IMG/VR virus record: IMGVR_UViG_3300032073_000011
Span: 38,193 to 102,192 of that record
Reading direction: 5' to 3' (one strand)
DNA from: a virus
DNA length: 64,000 nucleotides
Position 1 is the stretch's first letter. The number at the start of each line of letters is the position of its first letter. Below, piece after piece: positions 27,201 to 35,876 of the stretch. Under the pieces are notes generated by a model. That model searched no databases. It saw nothing but the letters and a program-made list of their open reading frames with translations, and had not been told where the DNA came from. A program made the translations under genes and the position numbers.

Positions 27201-27883
27201 CAAAAAGGTCTAACATCTATAGATTTTTGTTGACTTAGTATTTGTGGTAGACTATCTATAATAATGTCGTCTTTGAATTTTGCCCCATCAAAGTCAGAGT
27301 CTGGAAATCCTTTTATTTTAAAATCTTCTGGTAGAAGTGAGAAACATCCTATGTCACTCACATCAACATCCATTATAATACTTTGGTCTCCGACTGGAAC
27401 ACCATATATCATAAAGTCACCCGACTCATTAGTTTTTACAGTAAACTTATAGTACTTGTCATATACGTATTTAACATCTTGTTTATTTAAAACATCATTT
27501 AGTGTTGGGAAACTACCGACAGTAACATGACAATCGAAATTTGGTTCACTACTGAGTAGATTATATCTTTTACCTTCTTCGGTTACATCAAAAGGTTCTT
27601 TAAATGGGTAAAGTTGTTTTATTACTTGGTTTTCTGCGTCTTCATCAGTTAAAGGAATAAAAATAGAAACTTTGGCATTTGGTATGCCGAATCCTCCATT
27701 TGTTATGACTCTACCGATTACCACACCAAAATCAGCACACATACGTGTGTAAACTTCTTGTTGTGTTAGTGAAAGACTTAGGATTTCTAGTAAGTCAAAG
27801 TTTTGGTTTAGTTCAAAAGTTACATTCTTGTCTTTTGCACCACCAACTCTAACGTCTGTCCTTACTCTAAATGATTTACCCAT
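24218..27883 (-). CDS. Baseplate-associated protein (1221 aa) with carboxypeptidase-regulatory-like beta-sandwich, long hydrophobic segment and Cys-rich region
   Basis: GVVIGRVITNGGFGIPNAKVSIF...TNESGDFMIYGVPVG motif; about 65 aa hydrophobic stretch; directly follows the gp6-like gene. Confidence 0.65.
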   Translation of the reverse strand: MGKSFRVRTDVRVGGAKDKNVTFELNQNFDLLEILSLSLTQQEVYTRMCADFGVVIGRVITNGGFGIPNAKVSIFIPLTDEDAENQVIKQLYPFKEPFDVTEEGKRYNLLSSEPNFDCHVTVGSFPTLNDVLNKQDVKYVYDKYYKFTVKTNESGDFMIYGVPVGDQSIIMDVDVSDIGCFSLLPEDFKIKGFPDSDFDGAKFKDDIIIDSLPQILSQQKSIDVRPFWGDEEFCRAAITRVDFDLGVTGFKLEPNAVFMGSTASDTDKDSVNRNCRPKAAMGELCSLISRPGIIDCIRYTPFFQNDPNAYPAYTAGGWGAPLGGEVPILERYYLPNGGRVIDDSGSFLVHIPMNLDYMITNEFGEMVISDDPSVGVPTRTRCRFRIRPEQATGGARERRIASYLVPNIREFYDPWAGDSNGDWPGIDPSTYTFSVNYSDYNPWAQRNLMPGAKDVFYDMTFNRVYTFSQFHDHIKHGGRRQFVGIKNILPESDQQCATTAMFFPINSAVRAPSLMVFLWMFLIDFLGMIYMFLTLLVTTIAALLSLVLAVVLFVVWLICWMWCAIYCIHITLWGFTILRMSSFMSPPPEECGQICLGGSDCFGCGADCKYFGLRMGFVLFTLRQTKYPECEKCMCRTMGDMSKSDSLIYLASKWPCPGGLPWGMSGGTTYSASSTCVPQCPPGNGAVGDDFGGKWSHDCCAQTDETRICCPDYYGFNSSFSGDPSTSNDPTDGIAGGGCYVKIICFNIDCVAENYNLRVLLEWTRREKVSQALCNGIMNYFWENSWVSGFLYQFQFRAKVEYDTANDTYVTNSQWCKKLTYLHPTEHTFYYRSTPFKVNGIQPLEGSFIGDTDGVYNPWWAFAGSSGSNHAKGDQDRHILFPTTMVDMGSRNQCIQQICLDPKYANECSVTDQIGSTTFQDITELVSDTYNLKMQNPKASMSTFFPRPEYEIGGDVAQALMQNCMLGVAGYEANNGNTACECQFPVGNGPGFSTSPTDSLPPSGLTYPSPNFVGGTYVPNALNVNDINNSNNFRHNLLWEPLLFTGSTSVIMDGQDLIDCVTMELSASSQTVPFYPWHLHNASGTLGGVPIGGYGTVWNDWLGTLGEYRYAFGVPGPAMSILPAISSVDAEGSTIHPTNAVPGLSGGTQYLSSGNFQHYMGNPPFSFANNNYPVTNGTIPGSDSYVFSQPLFYYFGLRPGGTAFNTFVRKYIDEELSDTVI

Positions 27884-27938
27884 AGTTTATATTATTACAC
27901 CCCATAAAATAATTTATTGCATTTATGGTGCTTATAAC

Positions 27939-27945
27939 ATAAATA
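27939..27945 (-). promoter_or_regulatory. TATTTAT putative phage late promoter
   Basis: In the intergenic gap, 55 nt upstream of ATG at 27883. Confidence 0.5.
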
Positions 27946-27996
27946 GTTCCACCATTAAAACTAAAAGTACTCAACATGCGGTTATAGTAAAGATTA

Positions 27997-29835
27997 TTAA
28001 AGTACTGGTTTAGATGGTTTTTTGTATCTAATTGCTATATCTTGATTTGGAAAACGTATCTGGAGTATCTCGTTAGGTTGAGCGTAAATAGTGTCGTCAA
28101 TCAATCCTATTTGTTTTGTGGTAGCGTTAACGTAAGGTTGGGTTGTTACCGATTGTGAATAATTGCCACCTACTTTATTAAATACTATTATATCAGTTAG
28201 GTTTAATACTCCTGGTTGGTTCATTATAAAAGCTCTTAAACTACCTAAAGCTAGGTCTTCTCCTAACTCCATTTTGTCAACAGCAAAATAATCACTTACT
28301 TTTGTTATGACATTTGTTACTATTTCACCTTCATTCGCATCTTTTTCTAAAATTAGGTCAATAGAAAAAGCTAAGTCTATTACTCTAGCCGCACCAACAA
28401 CAACATAATCATTTATCATTCTATAATTAGATAAATAATTAGCGATATTATTTTTAAGTGTGTTACTTACTAGTGAGGTTAATTTACCATCTGGGGTATA
28501 TGAAAGTACATTAACATTAACTTTATTTTCTATTTCTGTAACACCAACTTTTGCTGGTGCACCAAATGTTGCTGGCATCGTTCTTAATTTAGAAACATAA
28601 TCATTAATTGTAACCCCTCTATTCTGTGCTGCAAAATTAAAAGAGATGTAATTTCTTATTTCATCTGGTGTCATTTGATTTGCACCCCCTATAGCCGCAG
28701 TGGTATTAGTTACAGCTAAACTACTAATTACCGTCTGATTTATTTGTTGACTTGGTCCACCAACCATAAAATCTACATTACCTACAGTGTTAACTGCTCC
28801 CGCTCCAATATTTGCGGCTTTACCACCACCAACTCTATATTGTATGAATAGTGTGGTATTTGCTTTAACAGAGTTACCTAAAGCTATATTATTTAGAAAT
28901 TTAGACATATTTAACTTAACCCCTTTTGATGCAAAATCATCTAATAGGTCTTGTGAAGTTTGGTTTCCACTCCCAAAAGTTAAATGGAAAAACCCTTCCG
29001 GGGTAAATTCCGTTATAAATCTTTGTGGTACTGTTATATATTTACCAACTTTAATACCTGGTGTATCTGCTGGTATAGATGGGTCCAACACAAAAACTTC
29101 ATTTTGTGCTAAGGCTTCCACTTCGTACCATTTATTAGATACTGTTGATAAAAATTCACTGTTTGATGGTATGGTTTGGTATCCTAGTCCTGGTTTTTGT
29201 ATAACTGAAGTTACACCTATAACGTTTTTCTCTGGTAAAAATATTTGGTAAAATGGTTTACTGTCAGCGTCCGTAATTTCTTTTTTAAACACTTTAGTTA
29301 TTCCGTTAACCACAACTTCTCTTTTAACTATTGTATAGTTTTGGGTTATCCCATTGGCATCTTTATTAGGTATTTTAGTTTGGTTTGGTACTCCTTCTGC
29401 ATTATATTGTGATGAAAAATCACAATCTTCTACAAGTTCAAATACTTGACCTGCACCCCTAAATTGTGAACCCGCTCTTAGTCTCCCTAAATATTTAAAA
29501 TCTTCTTTATCCCCTAAAACTGGCACTATGATAGATAAATCTAAAACTGTTACTGAAGGTCTATTTCCTGGTATTTTTAAACCATAAGTTTTTGCTATGT
29601 TATATAATGAACTTCTTTCCTGTGCGTATTGTAGTACTGTTTCTTGAAAAGTTCTGTCTATTTGGAAGTTTAGGTTGTCTGCAACTGCAGCGTTAAGGTC
29701 TAAAAATACAGAGTATATAGATGCGTCATTTGCATTTTTAATTAAATCTGGGTAATAAGTATTAGTTAATCTTAATAATTCATTTCTAATACCTAAAAAG
29801 TCTCTTTCTGTATAAGCTATTTTTTTCTGTGCCAT
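27997..29835 (-). CDS. Baseplate wedge subunit (T4 gp6 / baseplate J-like)
   Basis: YTERDFLGIRNEL, AQERSSLYNIAKTYG, YRVGGG..ANIGA and AAQNRGVTINDY motifs; adjacent to the gp25-like gene. Confidence 0.85.
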   Translation of the reverse strand: MAQKKIAYTERDFLGIRNELLRLTNTYYPDLIKNANDASIYSVFLDLNAAVADNLNFQIDRTFQETVLQYAQERSSLYNIAKTYGLKIPGNRPSVTVLDLSIIVPVLGDKEDFKYLGRLRAGSQFRGAGQVFELVEDCDFSSQYNAEGVPNQTKIPNKDANGITQNYTIVKREVVVNGITKVFKKEITDADSKPFYQIFLPEKNVIGVTSVIQKPGLGYQTIPSNSEFLSTVSNKWYEVEALAQNEVFVLDPSIPADTPGIKVGKYITVPQRFITEFTPEGFFHLTFGSGNQTSQDLLDDFASKGVKLNMSKFLNNIALGNSVKANTTLFIQYRVGGGKAANIGAGAVNTVGNVDFMVGGPSQQINQTVISSLAVTNTTAAIGGANQMTPDEIRNYISFNFAAQNRGVTINDYVSKLRTMPATFGAPAKVGVTEIENKVNVNVLSYTPDGKLTSLVSNTLKNNIANYLSNYRMINDYVVVGAARVIDLAFSIDLILEKDANEGEIVTNVITKVSDYFAVDKMELGEDLALGSLRAFIMNQPGVLNLTDIIVFNKVGGNYSQSVTTQPYVNATTKQIGLIDDTIYAQPNEILQIRFPNQDIAIRYKKPSKPVL

Positions 29836-29836
29836 C

Positions 29837-30304
29837 CTATAAATCTATTATAACAAAATCTTTAGTTTCAAACACACCGTCTCCAGATGTATAATCAATT
29901 CTAACTCTCATAGAATAATTTCTTTGTGCCTCACCAACAAAACTCATATTTCCATCATCCATTGATAAGTCGGTATTTTGTGAGTTTATTTTTTCTTCGG
30001 CTTTTAAATCTTCTAAAGTTTTTACCTCCACATTATTTATAGTTAAACTAGGTATATACTTATCTACAGCTTCTCTTATTTCTCTTTCTATAGATATTTT
30101 AGTTGTGGTATCCATTAATTCAAATATATATTTACTTAAATTAGTACCAAAATCTGGCAAAAAATATCTAGAACCCTTTGGTGTAACTATTAGGTGAATA
30201 AGGTTTGACCTTACTTCACTATCTGTATCTGTATTTAACCCAAGAAAAAAACCTTCTGGACTATCTACAAATGGAAATGTTATACCGTATCTTTGTGTTG
30301 GCAT
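29837..30304 (-). CDS. Baseplate wedge / sheath initiator, gp25-like (GPW_gp25)
   Basis: VRSNLIHLIVTPKGSRYFLPDFGTNL..IFE and IREAVDKYIP signatures. Confidence 0.9.
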   Translation of the reverse strand: MPTQRYGITFPFVDSPEGFFLGLNTDTDSEVRSNLIHLIVTPKGSRYFLPDFGTNLSKYIFELMDTTTKISIEREIREAVDKYIPSLTINNVEVKTLEDLKAEEKINSQNTDLSMDDGNMSFVGEAQRNYSMRVRIDYTSGDGVFETKDFVIIDL

Positions 30305-30316
30305 TTCTTTTTTATA

Positions 30317-30323
30317 ATAAATA
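30317..30323 (-). promoter_or_regulatory. TATTTAT putative phage late promoter (re-initiates the baseplate operon)
   Basis: 12 nt upstream of the gp25-like ATG. Confidence 0.6.
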
Positions 30324-30355
30324 CTTCAAAGATTGGTTTATTATGGTGTTAGTTG

Positions 30356-30562
30356 TTACGTTAATACTTTATTGTTTTGTTGGTGACTTGGTTGGTATGG
30401 GCAGTGTCTACAATTATTACCACAACAGTAACCTCTTTTTTTGTGATACTCTTCTGTCATTACCATTCGTCCTTCCTCCCAGTAAAAATCTTTTGGTTGT
30501 AATTTAGGTTTTATAAATTCTCTATAATATAATTCTTCAATCCAGTCGTCTTTTCTTTTCAT
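30356..30562 (-). CDS. DUF5522-like small Cys-rich protein (68 aa)
   Basis: DFYWEEGRMVMTEEYHKKRGYCCGNNCRHCPY signature. Confidence 0.75.
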   Translation of the reverse strand: MKRKDDWIEELYYREFIKPKLQPKDFYWEEGRMVMTEEYHKKRGYCCGNNCRHCPYQPSHQQNNKVLT

Positions 30563-30580
30563 TTTAATTTATATTAGATA

Positions 30581-30612
30581 ATAAATGGTGACCCTAAAGA
30601 ATCACCATTTAT
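30581..30612 (-). terminator. Stem-loop (probable intrinsic terminator) downstream of nrdJ
   Basis: Inverted repeat ATAAATGGTGA...TCACCATTTAT; weak U-tail. Confidence 0.6.
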
Positions 30613-30635
30613 AATAATTTATTTTAAATTTTACG

Positions 30636-32540
30636 TTAACTTAACTCAACTTCTTTTTCTTTATCAATAGATTTCATATCAACATCTATTTCACATTGTC
30701 CACCAGCACAAGCTAACTCACCAGTTAAATTAGTATTGTCATCCAATTCAACAACTTTACTTAAATCAACATCTTTTAAAGATTTCATCATTTCATTATA
30801 TTGTTCTTCTGTAATGTCTTCAAATGGTGCCTGAGTATAAGTACCTCCATTGTATGGTAATACAGATAAACCATTATAAGATTTTCTATTTTCCCACATC
30901 CATTCTCCAGCTAAATCCCAATCACTCTCTTTTAACGATATTGTTGCCGATACATTATGTGAGTTTGAGCCGTTTCTATGTCCTGATTTTACCCATTCTG
31001 TAGCCACTTTTTTAACTCTCTCTAATAAATCAAAAGGTGATTCTGTTCTGAGTATAGAACCTTTTGGAGCTTTTTGTGGTATACTAATAACAGCGGTATC
31101 GTGTGGTCTGAAATATTCGTCTTCAACAAGTTCAGGGTGGTTAATATTTAAATAAGTATATATTGCTTCATTCTTACCAACCCTAACTCTTCTAATATAA
31201 TAGTCGTTATGCCATGCATGAATTCCTGATGATGTTCCTAAAGTTAAAGATGTTGTTCCTGCCGGTTTAACTGTTGTACATCTTGCTGATGGGTTGATGT
31301 CTATTAATTTAGCTACCCTAGTATTTTCTCTTTTAACTAGACTTGCAGCTTTTTTCATGTCGTATTTTAGTACTTTTCCAGAACCTATACCTGTCATTGA
31401 TACACCAATTAAAGCATCTTTTTCAGTAGTTTCTTGCCAAACTTCTCTTAAGTAATGAAACGAAGTGTACCCTGCTTGAAGTGTGCCAATAAATGCTGCT
31501 GCTTTTACTCTCTCATTTAAGTCTTCTTGAGACTCTATATTTGATACGTTTACCTCACAAAGATTACAGAATTGATTTGGTCTTAGTGCTATTTCACAAC
31601 AAGGATTAGTCCCCCAATCTTTGTCATTATTTAAGTATATACCCGGTTCCCCTGCTCCTGATAATTCAACTCTTTTCCATAAATCCATAAAAAACTCTTT
31701 TGTTATTTTATGTCTCATTAAACAAGCTGAATTATTAGCTCTACCTCTTTGTGGGTTTAATTCCCACCAGTTACCAGCTTTACACCCAATCATAGCATCG
31801 TCATCAGCACTAAACAAACTAATAAGAGCTGCTCTACGTATTCCACCTGCCAATACCGCGTCTGCAATATGACATACAATATCGTGTACTTCAATAGTTG
31901 TAAGTTGTTCTCCATTTTCTTTTTGATTTAATAAACCTTCAATTTTCACTAAACATTCTTTTAGTGGTTGAGGTCCTGGTGCTTTACCACCTGATGTTAT
32001 TAATCTAGCTCCTTTTGGTCTAATATCAGAATAATCAAATTCTACTCTACTACCACCACCATTCATATATGTTTTCATAAGAACTTTAATTGCGTCTGCC
32101 CATCCTTCAATACTATCACCAATTAAAAATCTTTTCTTTCTTTTTGGGTATGGTTGTTGGATTACGGGTAATTTTTTTACATGGTGTTTTTGTACCGAAT
32201 ATCCAACACCTGTACCTCCCAGTAATAAAAACATTGTCTCACTAAAAGAGTCAATATGGTCAATAGGTACATAAGCACAGTTATAGATTCTATTAGGACT
32301 AATCTCAATAGGTTTACCACCAAATTGCATACTTCTCATTGAGGGTAAAACTTTTTTATCATAAACAAATTTGTATTTTTGTTCTATTTCTTCTTTTAAA
32401 TGCGGATATTTTTTTATGTGCATTTTTTTATTTCGGGTAACTAATTCATCCCATGTTTCTCTTCTATTTAGTTCCGGTATATACTTAGCGTACTTCATGT
32501 AGACAGTAATATCCGACAGAATCTTATTTGATACTTCCAT
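30636..32540 (-). CDS. nrdJ: Class II adenosylcobalamin-dependent ribonucleotide reductase (monomeric RTPR type)
   Basis: LPSMR, NCAY, GGTGVG, GIRRAA, TNPCCEI, TVKPAGT motifs and C-terminal CAGGQC redox pair; no beta subunit nearby. Confidence 0.9.
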   Translation of the reverse strand: MEVSNKILSDITVYMKYAKYIPELNRRETWDELVTRNKKMHIKKYPHLKEEIEQKYKFVYDKKVLPSMRSMQFGGKPIEISPNRIYNCAYVPIDHIDSFSETMFLLLGGTGVGYSVQKHHVKKLPVIQQPYPKRKKRFLIGDSIEGWADAIKVLMKTYMNGGGSRVEFDYSDIRPKGARLITSGGKAPGPQPLKECLVKIEGLLNQKENGEQLTTIEVHDIVCHIADAVLAGGIRRAALISLFSADDDAMIGCKAGNWWELNPQRGRANNSACLMRHKITKEFFMDLWKRVELSGAGEPGIYLNNDKDWGTNPCCEIALRPNQFCNLCEVNVSNIESQEDLNERVKAAAFIGTLQAGYTSFHYLREVWQETTEKDALIGVSMTGIGSGKVLKYDMKKAASLVKRENTRVAKLIDINPSARCTTVKPAGTTSLTLGTSSGIHAWHNDYYIRRVRVGKNEAIYTYLNINHPELVEDEYFRPHDTAVISIPQKAPKGSILRTESPFDLLERVKKVATEWVKSGHRNGSNSHNVSATISLKESDWDLAGEWMWENRKSYNGLSVLPYNGGTYTQAPFEDITEEQYNEMMKSLKDVDLSKVVELDDNTNLTGELACAGGQCEIDVDMKSIDKEKEVELS

Positions 32541-32554
32541 ATTTGTGCTTTTTA

Positions 32555-33934
32555 TTAATTATTTTTATTTATTACTTGTTCTCTTCTTTGTAGAGCTCGG
32601 GCAACTCTTTCTCGATTTCTGTTAGTTTTTTCTTCCTCGAAACCAAGGAATGTTTGTGTAGTTTCAGTGTCTATTTCTAAAGTTCCATTATCAAATTTAC
32701 AATTTTCAAATATGACACCATCTCTTCCTAGTCTTGATTTTACAATAGCTATAGTTGCTAACCCCATTTCTTTTTGTTGTAAAGTCTTTGCGACTGAGAT
32801 AATTACATGCCCAACTTGTGCTTTCTTAATGGAACCACCCATTTGGTCTGTGGTTACAACATCTGAAGAAATAGAACTTCTGTTTCCTTGTGTTGCTGTC
32901 CAACCTGCTATATTTAATTCGTGACACATCCCCTCAAATTTTCTCATAACAGAACCTTCACCTTTCCATTCATCATTAAATGAACGGTCTGGCAATATAC
33001 AGTCAATATAATCAATTAATACTATATCTATTTTAGTTCCTTCAGATATAATTTTTCTTACTTGATTTTTAATCTGTAAGATTGTCATTTCATCCGAAGG
33101 TAATTTTTTTAATATTAATTTACCTCCAGTTTTTTTCATTTCATCTGCTTTATCTAATACGGTTTCTTTATGGTTACTTAACTCATCGTTAGGTATTCCC
33201 GTCCAACAGGTGAAATGTTTTCTTTGTATAATTTTAGGGTTATCTTCAAAAAATATTTGTAACACATTATAACCCATATTAAATGCTGTATTAGCAAATC
33301 TAGTTAACATAGTGGTCTTACCAACACCTGTAGGTGCTAAAACCACACCTATTTCCCCTTTAGCCAAACCACCATTTAGTATATTATCTAGTCCGTCAAC
33401 TCCTGTTGGTAGTGGGTGCCTATAATCATCCTCTAATAGTTTTTCTAATTCTGTAAAAATTTCAAAACTACCCATATCACCATCACCGATTTTAATAGCA
33501 TCACGTATATATTCTTCACACTTATCATAACTTTCAAAATCACCTTTTTCCATTATATTTTCAACTTTTTTAATAGCTTTTTTAAGTTCTTGTTGTTTAC
33601 AGAACTTAATAGATTTTTCTTTAATAAATAAATGGTCTTCAAATGAGACTTCTTTAATTTCTTTTAACATGTCAAAAATATTTTTTCTTGCCATTTCAGA
33701 AGAAATTTCTATCCTTGTTAGTTGGTCTAAAGCGTCAAATGAAGGTGCTGTTTGGTATTTTTCATAATACTCCTTAATTAATTGCATAATCAATCTGAAG
33801 TATTGGTTGTCAAAATATTTAGCAGTAATTGCATCAATTATTGACTGGAAAAAAGTATTATCTGTTACTATTAGGTTAATTAATTTTAATTGAAAGTTAT
33901 AACCTAAATAACCAAAATTTTTATTATCTGTCAT
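32555..33934 (-). CDS. dnaB: Replicative DNA helicase, DnaB / T4 gp41-like
   Basis: Walker A APTGVGKT, Walker B VLIDYID, TATQGNR, KSRLG. Confidence 0.9.
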   Translation of the reverse strand: MTDNKNFGYLGYNFQLKLINLIVTDNTFFQSIIDAITAKYFDNQYFRLIMQLIKEYYEKYQTAPSFDALDQLTRIEISSEMARKNIFDMLKEIKEVSFEDHLFIKEKSIKFCKQQELKKAIKKVENIMEKGDFESYDKCEEYIRDAIKIGDGDMGSFEIFTELEKLLEDDYRHPLPTGVDGLDNILNGGLAKGEIGVVLAPTGVGKTTMLTRFANTAFNMGYNVLQIFFEDNPKIIQRKHFTCWTGIPNDELSNHKETVLDKADEMKKTGGKLILKKLPSDEMTILQIKNQVRKIISEGTKIDIVLIDYIDCILPDRSFNDEWKGEGSVMRKFEGMCHELNIAGWTATQGNRSSISSDVVTTDQMGGSIKKAQVGHVIISVAKTLQQKEMGLATIAIVKSRLGRDGVIFENCKFDNGTLEIDTETTQTFLGFEEEKTNRNRERVARALQRREQVINKNN

Positions 33935-33951
33935 ATTTTTTTATTCTTTTA

Positions 33952-33958
33952 ATAAATA
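33952..33958 (-). promoter_or_regulatory. TATTTAT putative phage promoter upstream of helicase-nrdJ
   Basis: 17 nt upstream of ATG at 33934. Confidence 0.55.
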
Positions 33959-33963
33959 CTAGA

Positions 33964-34413
33964 TTAGTTGACCATTAGGTCATAATCTTGGTAGTTGGTT
34001 GTAACTTTTCTTTGTGATAGTACTCCGGTCAATTCTCTTAATATATAAGATATTTGTGGTCTTATATCTACCGTGTATCTAACTTTTGGGGGATAGATGG
34101 TGGCAGGTGTAATTGTGTCGTAAATTACCTTGTTTCCTTTTTTTATAGTTATCGTAAAATACTCATCTTCTGAACCTTCATCTAAAACATTTTCTCTATA
34201 GTTACTTTCTAATAAATATAAAGTTTTAAGTTTTAAGTCATCCACAATATCAGTAATTACACCTTGCACTGCATAATGTAAGTCTATTGAATTTGTGGCT
34301 CTGTTATTAAAGTTTCTAACTGAAAAGAATCTTTGACAAACTATGTTATTACCTAATTTTAATACGAATTCACACTTTTGTGTGTTTTCTCCTTTTTGTT
34401 TAATTTTACTCAT
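33964..34413 (-). CDS. Hypothetical protein (149 aa) in the replication block
   Basis: ATGA-coupled to the exonuclease gene. Confidence 0.7.
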   Translation of the reverse strand: MSKIKQKGENTQKCEFVLKLGNNIVCQRFFSVRNFNNRATNSIDLHYAVQGVITDIVDDLKLKTLYLLESNYRENVLDEGSEDEYFTITIKKGNKVIYDTITPATIYPPKVRYTVDIRPQISYILRELTGVLSQRKVTTNYQDYDLMVN

Positions 34414-35411
34414 CTTTTTTTATTTTTATAAAAATCTTTTTCTATTCTTGTTAATCTTAAAAATGGTCTCACAAAATCTACCCAAGAGTCATCTTTCTTT
34501 GGTAAAATATTAAGAATTCCATCTGACATCATCAAGTCCAAGGCATTTTTCCAATGTCTACCATCTGGGTCTATAGCCTCTTTTGATAAATCTTTTATTC
34601 CGTTTACGGCATCTTTAGTTAGAAATTGTTCCCCAACACCAATAATTTTATAATTTGTTTCTAATATAGAACTATCTGGTTTTTTTTGTGTCACACCTTC
34701 TAATATATTTTTTTCTTTTTTATTTATTTTCTTTTTAGATTGTATTGTTTTTAATATATCCTCTAGACTTACTTTTTCCTCTAAAATTTCTGGTTTTATT
34801 TTTACTAATGATTTTATCCCAACCATTTTTATCCCATATATATTATCGGAAGAATCTCCACATATGGTTTTTACAACCCTAACATTAGATGATGGTATGT
34901 TAACACCATTTAAAGGTACTTTCTCACCATATTTAAATAATTTGTTTAAAGAAATTATATGTACAGAAACATTTTTACCAATCAACTGTAATAAATCTCT
35001 ATCTGAAGTTAATATAATAATGTTTTCTTTTTGGGCTTTTTTGGTGTAGTGCGCTATACAATCATCGGCTTCACACCATTTGAATGTTGCTTGTCGGACA
35101 TAAAGTTCTTCTAGATATTCTTGTACTCTTAACTTTTGTTTAGCGTATGATTGTAGGTCATCTTGTGGTTTGGGTTTTAACCTCCTATTTAATTTATAAT
35201 CTGGGTATAGTTCAAGTCGGGGCTTTGTATTATCTTCCCCATCCCAAAAAACGACAATTTTAGTTAATAGATAGGTGTCTATTAGTTTTCTTAAGGTATT
35301 AAGAAAATGGTATAGACCACCTATATGGTCAGTACCATTATACATATTTTTTATACCATGAAAACCTGTATTTAATAAGGAATTTCCGTCAACTAATAAT
35401 GTTCTTGTCAA
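34410..35411 (-). CDS. 5'-3' exonuclease / flap endonuclease (PolI N-terminal or T4 RNase H-like)
   Basis: LLVDGNSL, YPDYKLNR, EADDCIA, TSDRDLLQL, GDSSDNIYGIKMVG. Confidence 0.92.
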   Translation of the reverse strand: MTRTLLVDGNSLLNTGFHGIKNMYNGTDHIGGLYHFLNTLRKLIDTYLLTKIVVFWDGEDNTKPRLELYPDYKLNRRLKPKPQDDLQSYAKQKLRVQEYLEELYVRQATFKWCEADDCIAHYTKKAQKENIIILTSDRDLLQLIGKNVSVHIISLNKLFKYGEKVPLNGVNIPSSNVRVVKTICGDSSDNIYGIKMVGIKSLVKIKPEILEEKVSLEDILKTIQSKKKINKKEKNILEGVTQKKPDSSILETNYKIIGVGEQFLTKDAVNGIKDLSKEAIDPDGRHWKNALDLMMSDGILNILPKKDDSWVDFVRPFLRLTRIEKDFYKNKKR

Positions 35412-35441
35412 AACACATTCTTAAAGGGTTAAACAATTTTT

Positions 35442-35876
35442 TTACTTTACTACTTCTAATAATTCAATTTCGAAACTCAAATCTTCACCAGCTAAAGGAT
35501 GGTTCATATCTAAGTTTACACTCTCCTCATCAATCTTTACAACTTGTCCCTGTACTGGTCTTCCTTTATCATCTTGTCCTTGGATAAAACCATTTAGTTC
35601 GTATTTTAGAGATTCTGGAAATTCACTTTTTTGTACTGTTATCACAGCCTCAGTAATATATTCACCGTAAGCTTCTTTAGCTTGAATATCTACTTTAGCG
35701 GTACTACCAACCTCTAAGTCTTTAACAGCATCATTAAAACCTTTTAGTAGTTTACCATCATCGATTACAAATTCTAAACCCTCACCTCTTTCTCTTGAGT
35801 TGTCAAATTTAGACCCATCTTTTAAGGTGCCTATGTAGTGCACTTTTACTTTGTCTCCTGTTTTTATTTTAGTCAT
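35442..35876 (-). CDS. FKBP-type peptidyl-prolyl isomerase, SlyD-like, without His-rich tail
   Basis: GDKVKVHYIGTLKDGSKFDNS, EAYGE, insert-in-flap region, LDMNHPLAGEDLSFEIEL. Confidence 0.92.
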   Translation of the reverse strand: MTKIKTGDKVKVHYIGTLKDGSKFDNSRERGEGLEFVIDDGKLLKGFNDAVKDLEVGSTAKVDIQAKEAYGEYITEAVITVQKSEFPESLKYELNGFIQGQDDKGRPVQGQVVKIDEESVNLDMNHPLAGEDLSFEIELLEVVK

